A stretch of 64,000 nucleotides of DNA, taken from the IMG/VR virus record IMGVR_UViG_3300006802_000078, positions 1 through 64,000 of that record; one strand, 5' to 3'. The stretch comes from a virus. Below, piece after piece: positions 48,914 through 58,192 of this stretch (positions within the stretch are counted from its first letter, which is position 1; the number at the start of each line of letters is the position of its first letter). Both the position numbers and the translations under genes were made by a program. The notes beneath the pieces are model-generated. The model did no database searches and was not told the DNA's origin. It saw only the letters and a program-made list of their open reading frames with translations.

Positions 48914-49549
48914 CTACCAACCGCCGACCTTGCGGGAGGCCGCCTTGCGCCGCGCGCCCGGGACAGGGATCGAAGCGTTCCGACCGCGGAGGTGACTGTC
49001 CATCGCGGACAGCGCCTCCCCGTGGGAGCGGTTGCTGCCGTTGACGGCGACGGCGGCCGCGATCGCGTGGGTGATCGCCTCCTGAGCTTCCTGGTAGCTG
49101 GGCGCCGCGGTGATCAGGCGGAGGATTGCGGCCTTGACGGCGGTACGCTCCGCGCCGACCGTGGAACCATCGAAGTAGGCGATCGCGCTCTTGCCTTCAT
49201 CGGGGAGGTAGACCAGGAACGCAGGATCGGCGGGGAGCGCGGAGCGGGCCTCGTCCTTCCCCAGCTTGGCGCCGACGCGGTAGCGGCCGATCATGCTGGC
49301 GACGGCGGGATCGGCGGGATCGGCGGAGGGGGCCACGGTGTCCAGGGTGGCCCGGAGGTTGGCGATCGTGTCGTCACGATCGGCGATCGTCGCCAGGAGG
49401 GCGGCGATCGTGGCGTCGCGGTCGGCGATCGTCGCCAGGAGGGAGACGGCGTCGGTGTTGGTGTCGGTGTCGGCAGGGGCCGGCGCCACGTCGACGACGA
49501 CGGGGGCGGAGGGGGCGGAAGCGGCGGTGGTGCTGGTCTTGCGGGACAT
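48914..49549 (-). CDS. Hypothetical early protein with a 14-aa tandem coiled-coil repeat
   Basis: 211 aa; LLATIADRD.TIA twice (42-bp period, 49380-49443); SD AGGA; promoter upstream. Confidence 0.8.
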   Translation of the reverse strand: MSRKTSTTAASAPSAPVVVDVAPAPADTDTNTDAVSLLATIADRDATIAALLATIADRDDTIANLRATLDTVAPSADPADPAVASMIGRYRVGAKLGKDEARSALPADPAFLVYLPDEGKSAIAYFDGSTVGAERTAVKAAILRLITAAPSYQEAQEAITHAIAAAVAVNGSNRSHGEALSAMDSHLRGRNASIPVPGARRKAASRKVGGW

Positions 49550-49600
49550 CGGGTCATCCTACGGGGTGCGGGGCCAGGGGAGATCCGTGGCCACGGCAGG

Positions 49601-49629
49601 AATGTACTACCGCGCTATGGCGCTGGCAA
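49601..49629 (-). promoter_or_regulatory. Leftward sigma70-type promoter TTGCCA-17-TACATT
   Basis: Near-consensus boxes with exact spacing at the strand-switch point. Confidence 0.75.
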
Positions 49630-49675
49630 GGCGGTACGCGCAACCCTACCCCGAAAGGAGAAGGAACGCGCGCGA

Positions 49676-49715
49676 GGCAGCCTGGCAGCCCGGCAGGGGG
49701 GCAGCTCGGCAGCTC
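49676..49715 (+). repeat. Five tandem 8-bp GGCAGNNN repeats
   Basis: GGCAGCCT GGCAGCCC GGCAGGGG GGCAGCTC GGCAGCTC. Confidence 0.8.
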
Positions 49716-49888
49716 GATCGCGGCGGGGGGTTCCGCCAGGCGGCCGACGGAGGGGGGGTCGGCCAGGATGCCGGTGCCGCCGTGGTCGTAGCTGAGGGGG
49801 AGGGGGCATTCCGCCCGCGCGGGACGTGACCGCTACGCGTGGTGCCCCAAAAATCCGCAGCACCTCCCGCCCCTCCCACCATTTATTC

Positions 49889-49919
49889 GTTGCGCGCCAC
49901 GCAACCAGCATGCTACTCC
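49889..49919 (+). promoter_or_regulatory. Rightward promoter TTGCGC-18-TACTCC with GTTGC-N7-GCAAC operator (49889-49905)
   Basis: gttgc gcgccac gcaac, preceded by an AT-rich tract. Confidence 0.7.
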
Positions 49920-49943
49920 TCACCCACACTCCAGGTGCCAGCC

Positions 49944-50537
49944 ATGGACCGCTACACTCTCCGCTCCCTCCGCCGCCTTCGGGGCCCCCTCGTGCGGGAC
50001 CCTATCCTCTGTATGATCGTCCCGGCGCACTACACCCAGCAGCGCCTGGCCGAGGGGGGCGTGGTCGTTCGCCGCTTCCCCCTGCCACCGCCGCAGCGCA
50101 TCGTCGAGATGGACATCGCGCAGGCGGCGCCGGCTCACGCTCCGGAGAACCCGCTCGAGTTCCGCGAGTTCGTGATCCGCCGCTGGCGCTACGCCGAGAC
50201 CTTCCTCGTGCCGACCACGGATGTGCCGCGCATCACGGCCGGCGCCATGGAGCGCAAGATGGACTGCACCGTCGCCGACCAGAGGTTGCCCGGCGCCTCC
50301 CTTGGGGAGATGTCGCGGTTCCTCCGTCGTCTGGGCTACGCCCCCAAGCGGATGCGCGTCTCGGAGATCCACCGGCTGTACCGGCGCAGGGCGGCGAAGT
50401 CGCGCATCACGCTGGCGATGTGGTGCATCGGTGACTACGACCACGGCAACAAGCTCGTCATGACCTGCGGCGACGACACCTGGTGGCACCTGTGCTGCCC
50501 GCTCGCTCTGCCCAGCAACGCGGCGGAGTCCCCGTGA
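49944..50537 (+). CDS. Hypothetical protein
   Basis: 197 aa; first rightward gene. Confidence 0.7.
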   Translation: MDRYTLRSLRRLRGPLVRDPILCMIVPAHYTQQRLAEGGVVVRRFPLPPPQRIVEMDIAQAAPAHAPENPLEFREFVIRRWRYAETFLVPTTDVPRITAGAMERKMDCTVADQRLPGASLGEMSRFLRRLGYAPKRMRVSEIHRLYRRRAAKSRITLAMWCIGDYDHGNKLVMTCGDDTWWHLCCPLALPSNAAESP

Positions 50538-50791
50538 ACCGGCGCGACTTCCTGCACAACCTCGCGCTCGGAACCGCGGCTGCGTGCGCTGCTCGGCTGG
50601 TCGGCCCGCGACAGCTACCGGGCGGTGCACGCGATGGCGATGACGCTGCTGCGAACAAGACCTGCGCATTCACGCCGCTCCCCGTGTCGTTGCAGAGCCT
50701 CATGGACCTCGTCGAGGAGTACCAGCGGCGTGTGATCGCCGACTTCAACAACAGCATGCACGAGCTCTGGCTCACCGGGAGGCTGCCATGA
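50534..50791 (+). CDS. Small protein with a twin-arginine-like signal
   Basis: GTGA overlap; MNRRDFLHNLALGTAAACA. Confidence 0.7.
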   Translation: MNRRDFLHNLALGTAAACAARLVGPRQLPGGARDGDDAAANKTCAFTPLPVSLQSLMDLVEEYQRRVIADFNNSMHELWLTGRLP

Positions 50792-51465
50792 AGACCGATG
50801 AAGCGGCGCTGCAACCGTCGCTGCGCCCTGGGCCGCAGCTCCCGATGGTGCTGCCACACGCTGTCGTCTTCGCCAACGGCGACCACGCCTACATCGTTCG
50901 TCACCGCGACGCGATCGGCGACTTCTTCTGCCTGCGCACCCTGGCCGAGCTCGAGCAGTTCTACTCCGAGCTCGAGGGGCAGCCGCATCGTGCCGAGCTC
51001 GCCGCCGGAGGCTCTCGCTGGGCAGCTGCCGACGAAGCTGTCGCTGATGGCATCGTCGCGCAGCGGAGCGACTCGCACCCGCGGCTGGTGTGGGCGCAGA
51101 GCGTCGGCATCGAGCGGCCGTTGCCGGGTTGGCGCGATGGTCGTGGCTTCGCAGGCTGCAGCTCCTGCGAGAAGCACCAGCGCTACCGCGGCTACGAGCC
51201 GACCGCCATCACGGGCGACTGGCAGACCGACCCGCCGCTCGCAACCGCTCGCCGGCTGCTGACCGACCCGGCACACGCGCCGATCGCGCTCGATGACGCC
51301 AACACCTCCACGCAGGCCGTGTTCATGCTTGCCCGAGGCCCGCGGCAGCACGCCCACGGGATCACCATCTCGTGCCCGGTCCGGCGGCTGGCCTCCGGGC
51401 GCATCGCCCTCGAGGCCATGGCCCGTGAGCTGGCGAAGCAGATCCACGAGGCGCGCCTGGCTTGA
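50788..51465 (+). CDS. Hypothetical protein
   Basis: 225 aa; ATGA coupling. Confidence 0.7.
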   Translation: MKTDEAALQPSLRPGPQLPMVLPHAVVFANGDHAYIVRHRDAIGDFFCLRTLAELEQFYSELEGQPHRAELAAGGSRWAAADEAVADGIVAQRSDSHPRLVWAQSVGIERPLPGWRDGRGFAGCSSCEKHQRYRGYEPTAITGDWQTDPPLATARRLLTDPAHAPIALDDANTSTQAVFMLARGPRQHAHGITISCPVRRLASGRIALEAMARELAKQIHEARLA

Positions 51466-51491
51466 CTGCCTATGATGGCTCTCGCTATCAT
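51462..51491 (+). promoter_or_regulatory. Promoter TTGACT-18-TATCAT with an inverted repeat over the -10
   Basis: ATGATGGC-tctc-GCTATCAT at 51472-51491. Confidence 0.7.
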
Positions 51492-51518
51492 GAGCTGGCA
51501 CATGGAGGCAGCACAGCA

Positions 51519-51938
51519 ATGGCCGCTGAAGTCCTGGAAATGATGTCGCTGCGTCTGACCGAGGAGTCGGACGTGGCTGCACTCGACGCGCTCGTCGGGC
51601 GCTTCGGCTCACCGTCTCGGGTCGAGGCCGTCCGTGAGGCCATCCGTCGGGTGGCTGCCGAGGCGCCGATGCCGGCCGACGTGATGCTCTGGTACAAGGG
51701 CAAGGATGGCGTCGCAGCGCGGCTGTTCGCCACCGAGATGCACCAGGGCCCGATGACGGCGCTGGCCGCGCTCGAGCGCGCGGTGGCCTTGGAGAAGCGC
51801 GGCTTCGCCGTGCGCGCAGAGCAGATGCCCGAGCTGCCGGCGAGGCTGCGGCCGCATGCTGATGCCGAGGAGCTCTGCCAGGCCTGTGGCTGCGCTGCCG
51901 ATGACCACGACGAGAGCTGCAAGCGCGGTGCACGATGA
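51519..51938 (+). CDS. Ribbon-helix-helix (CopG-like) regulator
   Basis: MMSLRLTEE..AALDALV.....SRVEAVREAIRR; SD GGAGG. Confidence 0.7.
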   Translation: MAAEVLEMMSLRLTEESDVAALDALVGRFGSPSRVEAVREAIRRVAAEAPMPADVMLWYKGKDGVAARLFATEMHQGPMTALAALERAVALEKRGFAVRAEQMPELPARLRPHADAEELCQACGCAADDHDESCKRGAR

Positions 51939-52507
51939 GCTTCAAGTACGCGACCCCAGACCCCAAGAGCCTCGCGCGTATGGGCATGCTGATCATCAAC
52001 CCGCCCAGGGGCGAAGACGGCGCTATCGAGGTCTGCTGCGAGTGCGGCAACCGGATCCCCGCGCAGTGCATCCGCCGCTACGGCGAGCTCCGCTCCTTAC
52101 AGCACCCCGAGGTGGCTGGCGTCGACTGCTTCATCCTCGCGTCGGCCTCGTCGGTGGTGTCCGTGTCGACCTGCCAGCGGGGCTGCGGCCTGCCGATCGA
52201 CAAGTTCACTGTGCTCGACCTTGGCGGCTACGCGCCGGTGCTCGGTCATGGCCTCACTGCGGATGGCACCGCCTGGAACTTCCACGCTCCTGACGGTGTC
52301 TGGTCGGTGCACGTCGGCTGCATCGACGGCGCCGTCGGCTGCGTCAGCGACCGCAGCGCCGAGCTCATCGTCGAGGGCGACGACTGGCACATGTGGATGG
52401 GCTTGTATCGGCTGCGTGCGGACGTGCTGGCGCGGATCCGCTTCGCGCTGACCCCGTGGGGCAACGTCGTGTGCGGCCGCGTGACTGCTGAAGGAGGTGA
52501 GGCATGA
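51935..52507 (+). CDS. Hypothetical Cys-containing protein
   Basis: 190 aa; coupled. Confidence 0.7.
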   Translation: MSFKYATPDPKSLARMGMLIINPPRGEDGAIEVCCECGNRIPAQCIRRYGELRSLQHPEVAGVDCFILASASSVVSVSTCQRGCGLPIDKFTVLDLGGYAPVLGHGLTADGTAWNFHAPDGVWSVHVGCIDGAVGCVSDRSAELIVEGDDWHMWMGLYRLRADVLARIRFALTPWGNVVCGRVTAEGGEA

Positions 52508-52833
52508 GCGATCCTACCGGGTTCGACGCAGCTCCGGCTCACTACGCCGGCGGCCGCGAGGTGATCGACATCATCCGGGACCGTCTCGGTGATGCCGGCT
52601 TCATCGCCTTCTGCGAGGGCAACGAGATCAAGTACCGCATGCGCGCTGGTCTCAAAGGTGACGCGTTCGAAGACCTGCGGAAGGCCCGTTGGTACCGAGA
52701 GATGGCGGATTGTACTCTTGGGCTTGGTCCTGACCCGCGGTCTGGCCGCCCAGGCTTCACCAGCTACCGTCGCGGCGAGCTTGGCGACAGCGACAAGGCC
52801 CAGCTCGAGAAGCTCGGCAAGGTGAAGCCATGA
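52504..52833 (+). CDS. DUF3310 protein (T7 gp1.7-like nucleotide kinase domain)
   Basis: PAHY..G.EVIDII, FCEGNEIKY..RAG.KG...EDLRKARWY. Confidence 0.9.
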   Translation: MSDPTGFDAAPAHYAGGREVIDIIRDRLGDAGFIAFCEGNEIKYRMRAGLKGDAFEDLRKARWYREMADCTLGLGPDPRSGRPGFTSYRRGELGDSDKAQLEKLGKVKP

Positions 52834-53618
52834 GGTTCATCATCGACAGCTGGCGCCTCATGTCGCAGCGGGACCAGCGCCTGCGCTTCTTCATCTGCTT
52901 CCCTGGCGCCCTGGTGCGCTACTACTACGCGCGGGTATGCCATGAGCCATGAGGCGCTGCTGGAGGAGCTGGCTGCGCTGGAGCACCGGCAGTGGGCCCA
53001 CTGGACGAACTACATGCTGTGCGTCCTGGCACCGCTGCTGTGCTTGGCCGATGACGCTGATGTCCCGGAACCGGGTACGCCGGAGGCGAACGCGCTCGAC
53101 GCCCTGGTTCGCTGGCGCCGGCAGATCGCTACGCCGTACGCGGAGCTCAGCGAGTCCGAGCGCGAAAGCGACCGCGAGTGGGCTCGTGAAGTGCTCGCCA
53201 TCGTGGGGGACGCGTCATGAACAGCGATGAGAAGGTCGCCACCCTGCAGCAGGTCGCCGACTACTGGTCTGGTCGGACCCGCCCGCCGCGGGACACCGAC
53301 TCCGGCGAGTACAGCATCACGCACTGCTACGGCGACGACACCTACACGCTCTACGGCAGCTGCCTGCTCATCGCCAAGGACGCGAAGCGGCTGGCTGAGC
53401 GCCCAGACATCGTGGTCGAAGCCCGCCACGACCCGAACAGCGGGGCCTGGATCAAGGTGAAGGCCTCCGATGTCGGCTCGCTTGGCTTCAGCCGCCAGAT
53501 GTCGGACGAGGCGCGCGAAGCGGCTGGCCGCCGGCTGCGCAAGGTGCGCGCTGCTGCGGCTGCGCCCGAGCCCCTGCCCGAGAGGGCGACCGAGTTCGCC
53601 TTCGACATCGACTTCTGA
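52830..53618 (+). other. Three hypothetical genes (52830-52952; 52942-53220, RyR-like EH.QW...PY.EL...E.E.DR; 53217-53618)
   Basis: Coupled ORFs. Confidence 0.7.
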
Positions 53619-53637
53619 CCCTCGGCGGCCCCCCGCC

Positions 53638-53667
53638 GTTGCGTCTTGAGCAACACTGCGCTACCCT
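53638..53667 (+). promoter_or_regulatory. Promoter TTGCGT-17-TACCCT with GTTGC-N7-GCAAC operator (53638-53654)
   Basis: Shares GCAACACTGCGCTAC exactly with the XRE gene promoter. Confidence 0.78.
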
Positions 53668-53691
53668 CTCCACGCAAGAAGGAGCTGCTCC

Positions 53692-54465
53692 GTGCCCACT
53701 CCGATCGTGACCAACCCCTCTGCCCCCGCGCCGCGCGGTGGGCCTCCCCCCCAGGCCGCCGCCTTTCTGATGGACCACCAGCAGGTCTACGCGGACCTTC
53801 TCACGAGCAGCCTGCCCCACCCGCTGCTCACCGTGGCGATCTACAGTCTGCTCGTCTCCAACAACGACATCGCGGCGGCGGGTCACGCCGCCGGCGACAC
53901 CAACGTCGTCTCGAGCGCGCTGCAGGTGATGGAGGCCATTCTCACCAACGAGCCGTCGCTGGCCGACATCGCCAGCGACAGCCCCGAGATGTACATCGGC
54001 AGGGTGTGGCTCCTCATCGACCTCGAGGTCATGACGTCGCTGCTCCCCGCTTCGATGCTGACCCCCGAGCTGGTCACCACGATCATCGAGGTGGGGGAAG
54101 TGCTGCGCCAGCGCGATGCTCTGGAGAGCCGCATCGGAGCCGGCCAGGCGCCGACCGTGGTGCAGGCAGCCCCGAGCCACCCCAACCTCTCCCCTGCTGC
54201 AGCAGCGCTTCGCGCGAAGGCGCTGGGGGGAGCCGCTCCCCGCCAGGAGAGCGTGGGGGCGCCTCGCGGAGCTCCGCTGCAGGGCTTCGCCCGTCTGGCT
54301 GAGCCCGCGCCCGCAGACTCCTCCGAGCACGTGGATCTCGATGGCTCGGACCGCGTGAAGCGCGTCCTCGCCGCACTCGGCGAGGAGTTCGACGAAGCCG
54401 ACCCCAATGCGCTGAGCGCTGCCCTGCGGAGGCGGATCCAGCACACCCACCCCCAGCAGCAGTAG
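53692..54465 (+). CDS. Hypothetical protein
   Basis: 257 aa; SD AAGGAG. Confidence 0.75.
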   Translation: MPTPIVTNPSAPAPRGGPPPQAAAFLMDHQQVYADLLTSSLPHPLLTVAIYSLLVSNNDIAAAGHAAGDTNVVSSALQVMEAILTNEPSLADIASDSPEMYIGRVWLLIDLEVMTSLLPASMLTPELVTTIIEVGEVLRQRDALESRIGAGQAPTVVQAAPSHPNLSPAAAALRAKALGGAAPRQESVGAPRGAPLQGFARLAEPAPADSSEHVDLDGSDRVKRVLAALGEEFDEADPNALSAALRRRIQHTHPQQQ

Positions 54466-54472
54466 CCAGCCC

Positions 54473-55264
54473 ATGGGCCTGTTCCGCCGCTCTACAGCTT
54501 CGCAGGTAGCTCCGGCTGCGCCGGCTCCCGCAGCCGCAGCCGCAGCCGCAGCCGCAGTCGCAGTCGCAGTCGCAGCCGCAGCGCCCCCGCCTGCGCCTAC
54601 AGAGCGCCGGGTCTCGCTGGTCCTGCCGGGTGATCTGGCGGACCGGGTGGAAGAGCTGCGACAGCGGCTCAACTCCAGTGCCTTCGCCCAGCGCACTCGC
54701 CGGGAGGTCACCTTCGAGGAGGCCGTCCTGTGGGCGCTGTACGATGGGGTCTCGCCGGCGGAGGCTGTCGCGGCGCCGCCGCCTGCCACTCCGGTGGGGT
54801 TCGAGCCAAGGCCTGCAGCTGCGCCTGCGGCTGCGCCTGCAGCTGCGCCTGCAGCTGCGCCTGCGGCGGCGTCGGCTGCGGGCTTGGTGATCTCCGAGCC
54901 CTCGGCGGCTGCTCCCACTCCCACGACACCCCGGGCTCCGACTCGGATGTTCCTCCCCGACGGTGACCGCTGCATCGAGGCGGATGCGGCCGCGGTGGCC
55001 TCCTACGTCTACCGGGGCTGGCGTCGCTTCCTGCGAACGGACAAGAGCACTGGGATGGCCTTCCAGTGCTTCTGGTGGCCCCACGCCGACCGGGACCCTG
55101 GCCAGCTGGAGCCCAGGGCGGTGCGCCTGCCCTCCGACCATCGGTTCGACGGAGTGGTCGACGTGCTGCCCGCCTTCCCCCACGATGCTGCCAGCGTCAA
55201 GCCAGGCTTCGGCGCAGGAGGTGCGGGAGCGGCCCCGCAGCTGGTGCTTCATGTCCCGAACTGA
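54473..55264 (+). CDS. Ala/Pro-rich hypothetical protein
   Basis: 263 aa; 6-bp (GCAGYC) and 12-bp tandem repeats in frame. Confidence 0.7.
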   Translation: MGLFRRSTASQVAPAAPAPAAAAAAAAAVAVAVAAAAPPPAPTERRVSLVLPGDLADRVEELRQRLNSSAFAQRTRREVTFEEAVLWALYDGVSPAEAVAAPPPATPVGFEPRPAAAPAAAPAAAPAAAPAAASAAGLVISEPSAAAPTPTTPRAPTRMFLPDGDRCIEADAAAVASYVYRGWRRFLRTDKSTGMAFQCFWWPHADRDPGQLEPRAVRLPSDHRFDGVVDVLPAFPHDAASVKPGFGAGGAGAAPQLVLHVPN

Positions 55265-55988
55265 CGATCTGTCGGAGTGGGGGGAGGACGCGTGGGGCGA
55301 CGCTGCTGACGCAGCCAGCGCAGCCGGCGCAGCCAGCGCAGCCGAGGCGAAGCCGCGCCCCGTCAACGGCCCGCTGCGGGCGGAAGCGCTCGTGGTAGCC
55401 AGGGACAGCGAAGACGCCGACCCGAGAGTGGTCGCTCTCCAGCGCCGCAGCGAGCTGAGCGAGGCGCTCTATGACGTCATGCTGGCGCGGAGCTTCGCCA
55501 TCTCGGTGGCCGACGCCGCTGCGATCATGGGTATCGACGAGGAGCTCGCCTGGCAGCTCTACACCGAACACCCCCAGTGGCTGCAGATCGAGCGGAAGCT
55601 GGAGATGGTGTCTCGGGCGAAGACCCGGGCCAGGGCGGTTGCGGCCACGGAGAAGGTCGTGCCGATGCTCACGCGCATCATCGACATCGACCTGGACGAG
55701 TCCACTCGACTGGCGGCGGAGCTCGCCGCTGACGGCGACGACGACGGGAAGCGCCGACGTGGCAGGCCAGTCGTGGCACGGCCCCCGGTATCCGCCACCG
55801 AGCAGATCGCCGCGGCGGAGATGCTGCTGAAGCTCGGAACCCACGCGGAGTTCAACGAGGCGGCGATGGCTGCCGCTGCGGAAGCTGCGGGGGGCAGTGA
55901 GATCGAAGTCGCAGTCGGAGCGAAGGACGGGGAGATCCGCGCCGCGCTCCGCGCACGCATGCGCCGGCCGAGCGGCGAAGGGGGGTAG
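55251..55988 (+). CDS. Putative terminase small subunit
   Basis: HTH-like SVADAAAIMGIDEE, helical core, QIAAAEMLL; adjacent to the head genes. Confidence 0.5.
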   Translation: MSRTDDLSEWGEDAWGDAADAASAAGAASAAEAKPRPVNGPLRAEALVVARDSEDADPRVVALQRRSELSEALYDVMLARSFAISVADAAAIMGIDEELAWQLYTEHPQWLQIERKLEMVSRAKTRARAVAATEKVVPMLTRIIDIDLDESTRLAAELAADGDDDGKRRRGRPVVARPPVSATEQIAAAEMLLKLGTHAEFNEAAMAAAAEAAGGSEIEVAVGAKDGEIRAALRARMRRPSGEGG

Positions 55989-56656
55989 TGATGGCGACGC
56001 TATGGGACGTCGGCTGCGGCAACGCCGCGTGCCCGACCAAGTTCGAGGTGGCGATCCCGGACGTGTGGAGCGACGAGATGGAGCAGACGTTGGAGAACTA
56101 CGTCTGCGCGAACTGCGGGGGGGAGCTGCAGCAGCTCAGCGCGGATGGGCACTTCTCCATCTTCCGCCCCCTGGAGCTACCGGACGGCACGGTCGCGCAC
56201 TCTCGCCGCGAGCTCGACTACGCGACGAAGCTCCACGAGGAGGAGACCGGAGGCAAGAAGACCCTGGCCATCACGGAGATGTCGCGGGCAGAGTGGAACC
56301 AGCGGGGGGAGGAGGCAGAGCATCGGGGCTGGCTCCATCGCCAGAAGGCGGGGGTGACCCCCCGAGACATGGCGGAGCGCGACAGGCAGACGAAGCTGCA
56401 GGAGGCGCAGGCTCGGCAGGAAGCCGAGCGACGCAACGAAGACCCGGACTTGGCAGCGGAGGCGGCGAGAGCGGCTGTGCCTGCCTTCCGCGCCGCGCCT
56501 GATCCGAACACCCCAGGGCGTGCAGTGCGGGAGGGGAGGGCGCTGACGTCCACCCCAGGGATCGGAGTCGCCGCCGGCGCCGCGTCGGACCGCAGTGCGC
56601 TGCTCAAGCAGGCGGCGGCGTCTGCGAAGGCTGCGCCGTCGGAGAGGGCGGGGTAG
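55988..56656 (+). CDS. Zinc-ribbon (FmdB-like) protein
   Basis: WDVGCGNAAC..FE ... CANCGG. Confidence 0.7.
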   Translation: MMATLWDVGCGNAACPTKFEVAIPDVWSDEMEQTLENYVCANCGGELQQLSADGHFSIFRPLELPDGTVAHSRRELDYATKLHEEETGGKKTLAITEMSRAEWNQRGEEAEHRGWLHRQKAGVTPRDMAERDRQTKLQEAQARQEAERRNEDPDLAAEAARAAVPAFRAAPDPNTPGRAVREGRALTSTPGIGVAAGAASDRSALLKQAAASAKAAPSERAG

Positions 56657-56710
56657 TCTGAACGAGAAGACGCGCCGCGCTGCGCGTGAACCAGCAACAC
56701 GAGGTGAGCG

Positions 56711-57238
56711 ATGGACATGAAGAAGGAGCTCGAGGACACCGAGGGCACCCCCTGGGAGAAGACCACCAAGAACGCGGCCAAGATCATGGACATGGCCTCG
56801 AGTCTCGACGCGGCGCTGGACAAGGCGGAGGAGGGGGGCGCCGAGGCGGAGGGCGAGCCCTCCGAGGAAGGTGGCGCTCCCGCTGGCAGCGACGACGACA
56901 CGGCGAATCGCTTGGCGACCGACCTGGGCATGGACATCGAGGAGGCGAAGAAGCTCGTCGCCGCCGCCAAGGACTTCCCCGGCACGAAGGGGATGGAGGG
57001 GACCGCGCTGGTCTCCGCGCTCATGGACGACCCGGTTCTGCTGGCGGATCTCCGCGATGCCGCCAAGGGTGGGGGCAAGCCCGCGGGTGACTCCGAGGGG
57101 GAGGAGCCACCGCCTGCCGAGGAGCCACCTGCCGAGGAGCCGCCGATGGACGCCTTCGCCGCAGGTCCCCCGGGGATGGGGGCAGGGCCCGCTCGCACCG
57201 GCGCGGCCTTCGGTCCGGATGAGTGGGAGAAGGCATGA
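56711..57238 (+). CDS. Acidic hypothetical protein (head-assembly region)
   Basis: 175 aa; SD GAGGTGA. Confidence 0.75.
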   Translation: MDMKKELEDTEGTPWEKTTKNAAKIMDMASSLDAALDKAEEGGAEAEGEPSEEGGAPAGSDDDTANRLATDLGMDIEEAKKLVAAAKDFPGTKGMEGTALVSALMDDPVLLADLRDAAKGGGKPAGDSEGEEPPPAEEPPAEEPPMDAFAAGPPGMGAGPARTGAAFGPDEWEKA

Positions 57239-58173
57239 GCGACCGCGTCGGCATGCCGCTGGAGGGCTTCGCGCCCTCCGGCATCACTCCGGCCGCGCCG
57301 GCTGCGCCGGCCGCGCCGGCTGCGCCGGCTGCGCCGGTCGAGCCGGCCGAGCCCGTGGTCGAGCCGGCTGCGCCCGTGGTCGAGCCGGCTGCGCCGGTCG
57401 AGCCGGCCGAGCCCGAGCCTGTGGCCGAGCCCACGCCCGAGCCGGAGCCGCCGCCCGAGCCGTACCGCATCGCTGACGACGAGCGGGGCAGCTACGGGGA
57501 GCTGGGTGCCGCCGTGTGGTTCGACTCCGCGGTGGCCGCCGTGCCGGAGGAGCATCGAGAGGCGATGCTCGCGACGATGCGGGAGTGGGGCGACATTGCC
57601 ACGGCGCGGCAGGGGTTGGAGGAGCTCGGGGCCTCCATCGACGGCAGGATTGAGCGACTGGACGCCTTGCTGAACGCCGACGGCCATGAGACGAAGAAGG
57701 CGCTCATGGCCGAGGTCCGCGGCGTCATCGACACCGAGGTGGCGGCTCCTCTGCGAGAGGCCATCGAGTCGTTCGAGGCCCGCGCGGCGGCGGAGCTGCG
57801 TGAGTGGGTGGAGGAGGCGTCGCCCCAGGTGGTGAACGATCCGGAGCTTCGCGAGCTCTACGGCGACCTCTACGACACCATGAGGCAGCGCCACCCGGAG
57901 ATGAAGGAGTACGCACTCCGCCGCCGGGTGCTGAACGCGGTGCTGCGAGGGGTCGAGCCGGCGGAGCCTGCGCCCGCAGCTGCTCCTGCTCCCGCCCCCG
58001 CAGCTGCGCCTGCGCCTGCGCCCGCCTCTGCTCCGAGGGCGAAGCCGAAGGGCCCTGGGGTGCTCGGGGACGTCACCCCTGCGAAGGTGGAGGGGGCGAG
58101 GCCCGGCTGGCGGGAGCGGGGGAGCGCCCTGGCGGGGCAGGTCGCTCCCAAGGAGTGGTTCTCCCGCGAGTAG
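57235..58173 (+). CDS. Putative capsid scaffolding protein
   Basis: Pro/Ala/Glu-rich repeats flanking an acidic coiled coil; position in the head module. Confidence 0.6.
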   Translation: MSDRVGMPLEGFAPSGITPAAPAAPAAPAAPAAPVEPAEPVVEPAAPVVEPAAPVEPAEPEPVAEPTPEPEPPPEPYRIADDERGSYGELGAAVWFDSAVAAVPEEHREAMLATMREWGDIATARQGLEELGASIDGRIERLDALLNADGHETKKALMAEVRGVIDTEVAAPLREAIESFEARAAAELREWVEEASPQVVNDPELRELYGDLYDTMRQRHPEMKEYALRRRVLNAVLRGVEPAEPAPAAAPAPAPAAAPAPAPASAPRAKPKGPGVLGDVTPAKVEGARPGWRERGSALAGQVAPKEWFSRE

Positions 58174-58192
58174 CCGCGCTGGTGCGGCTACT
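58169..58192. terminator. Hairpin between convergent stop codons
   Basis: AGTAGCCGC-gctggt-GCGGCTACT; both TAG codons lie in the stem. Confidence 0.65.

Noticed and set aside
48960-49720. High GATC density (about 16 sites counted by eye)
   Set aside because: Largely explained by ATC/GAT codons in the TIADRD tandem repeat; the methylase target is unknown
54520-58030. 6-, 9-, 12- and 21-bp tandem repeats
   Set aside because: All are multiples of three encoding Ala/Pro/Glu linkers; not CRISPR arrays or frameshift switches
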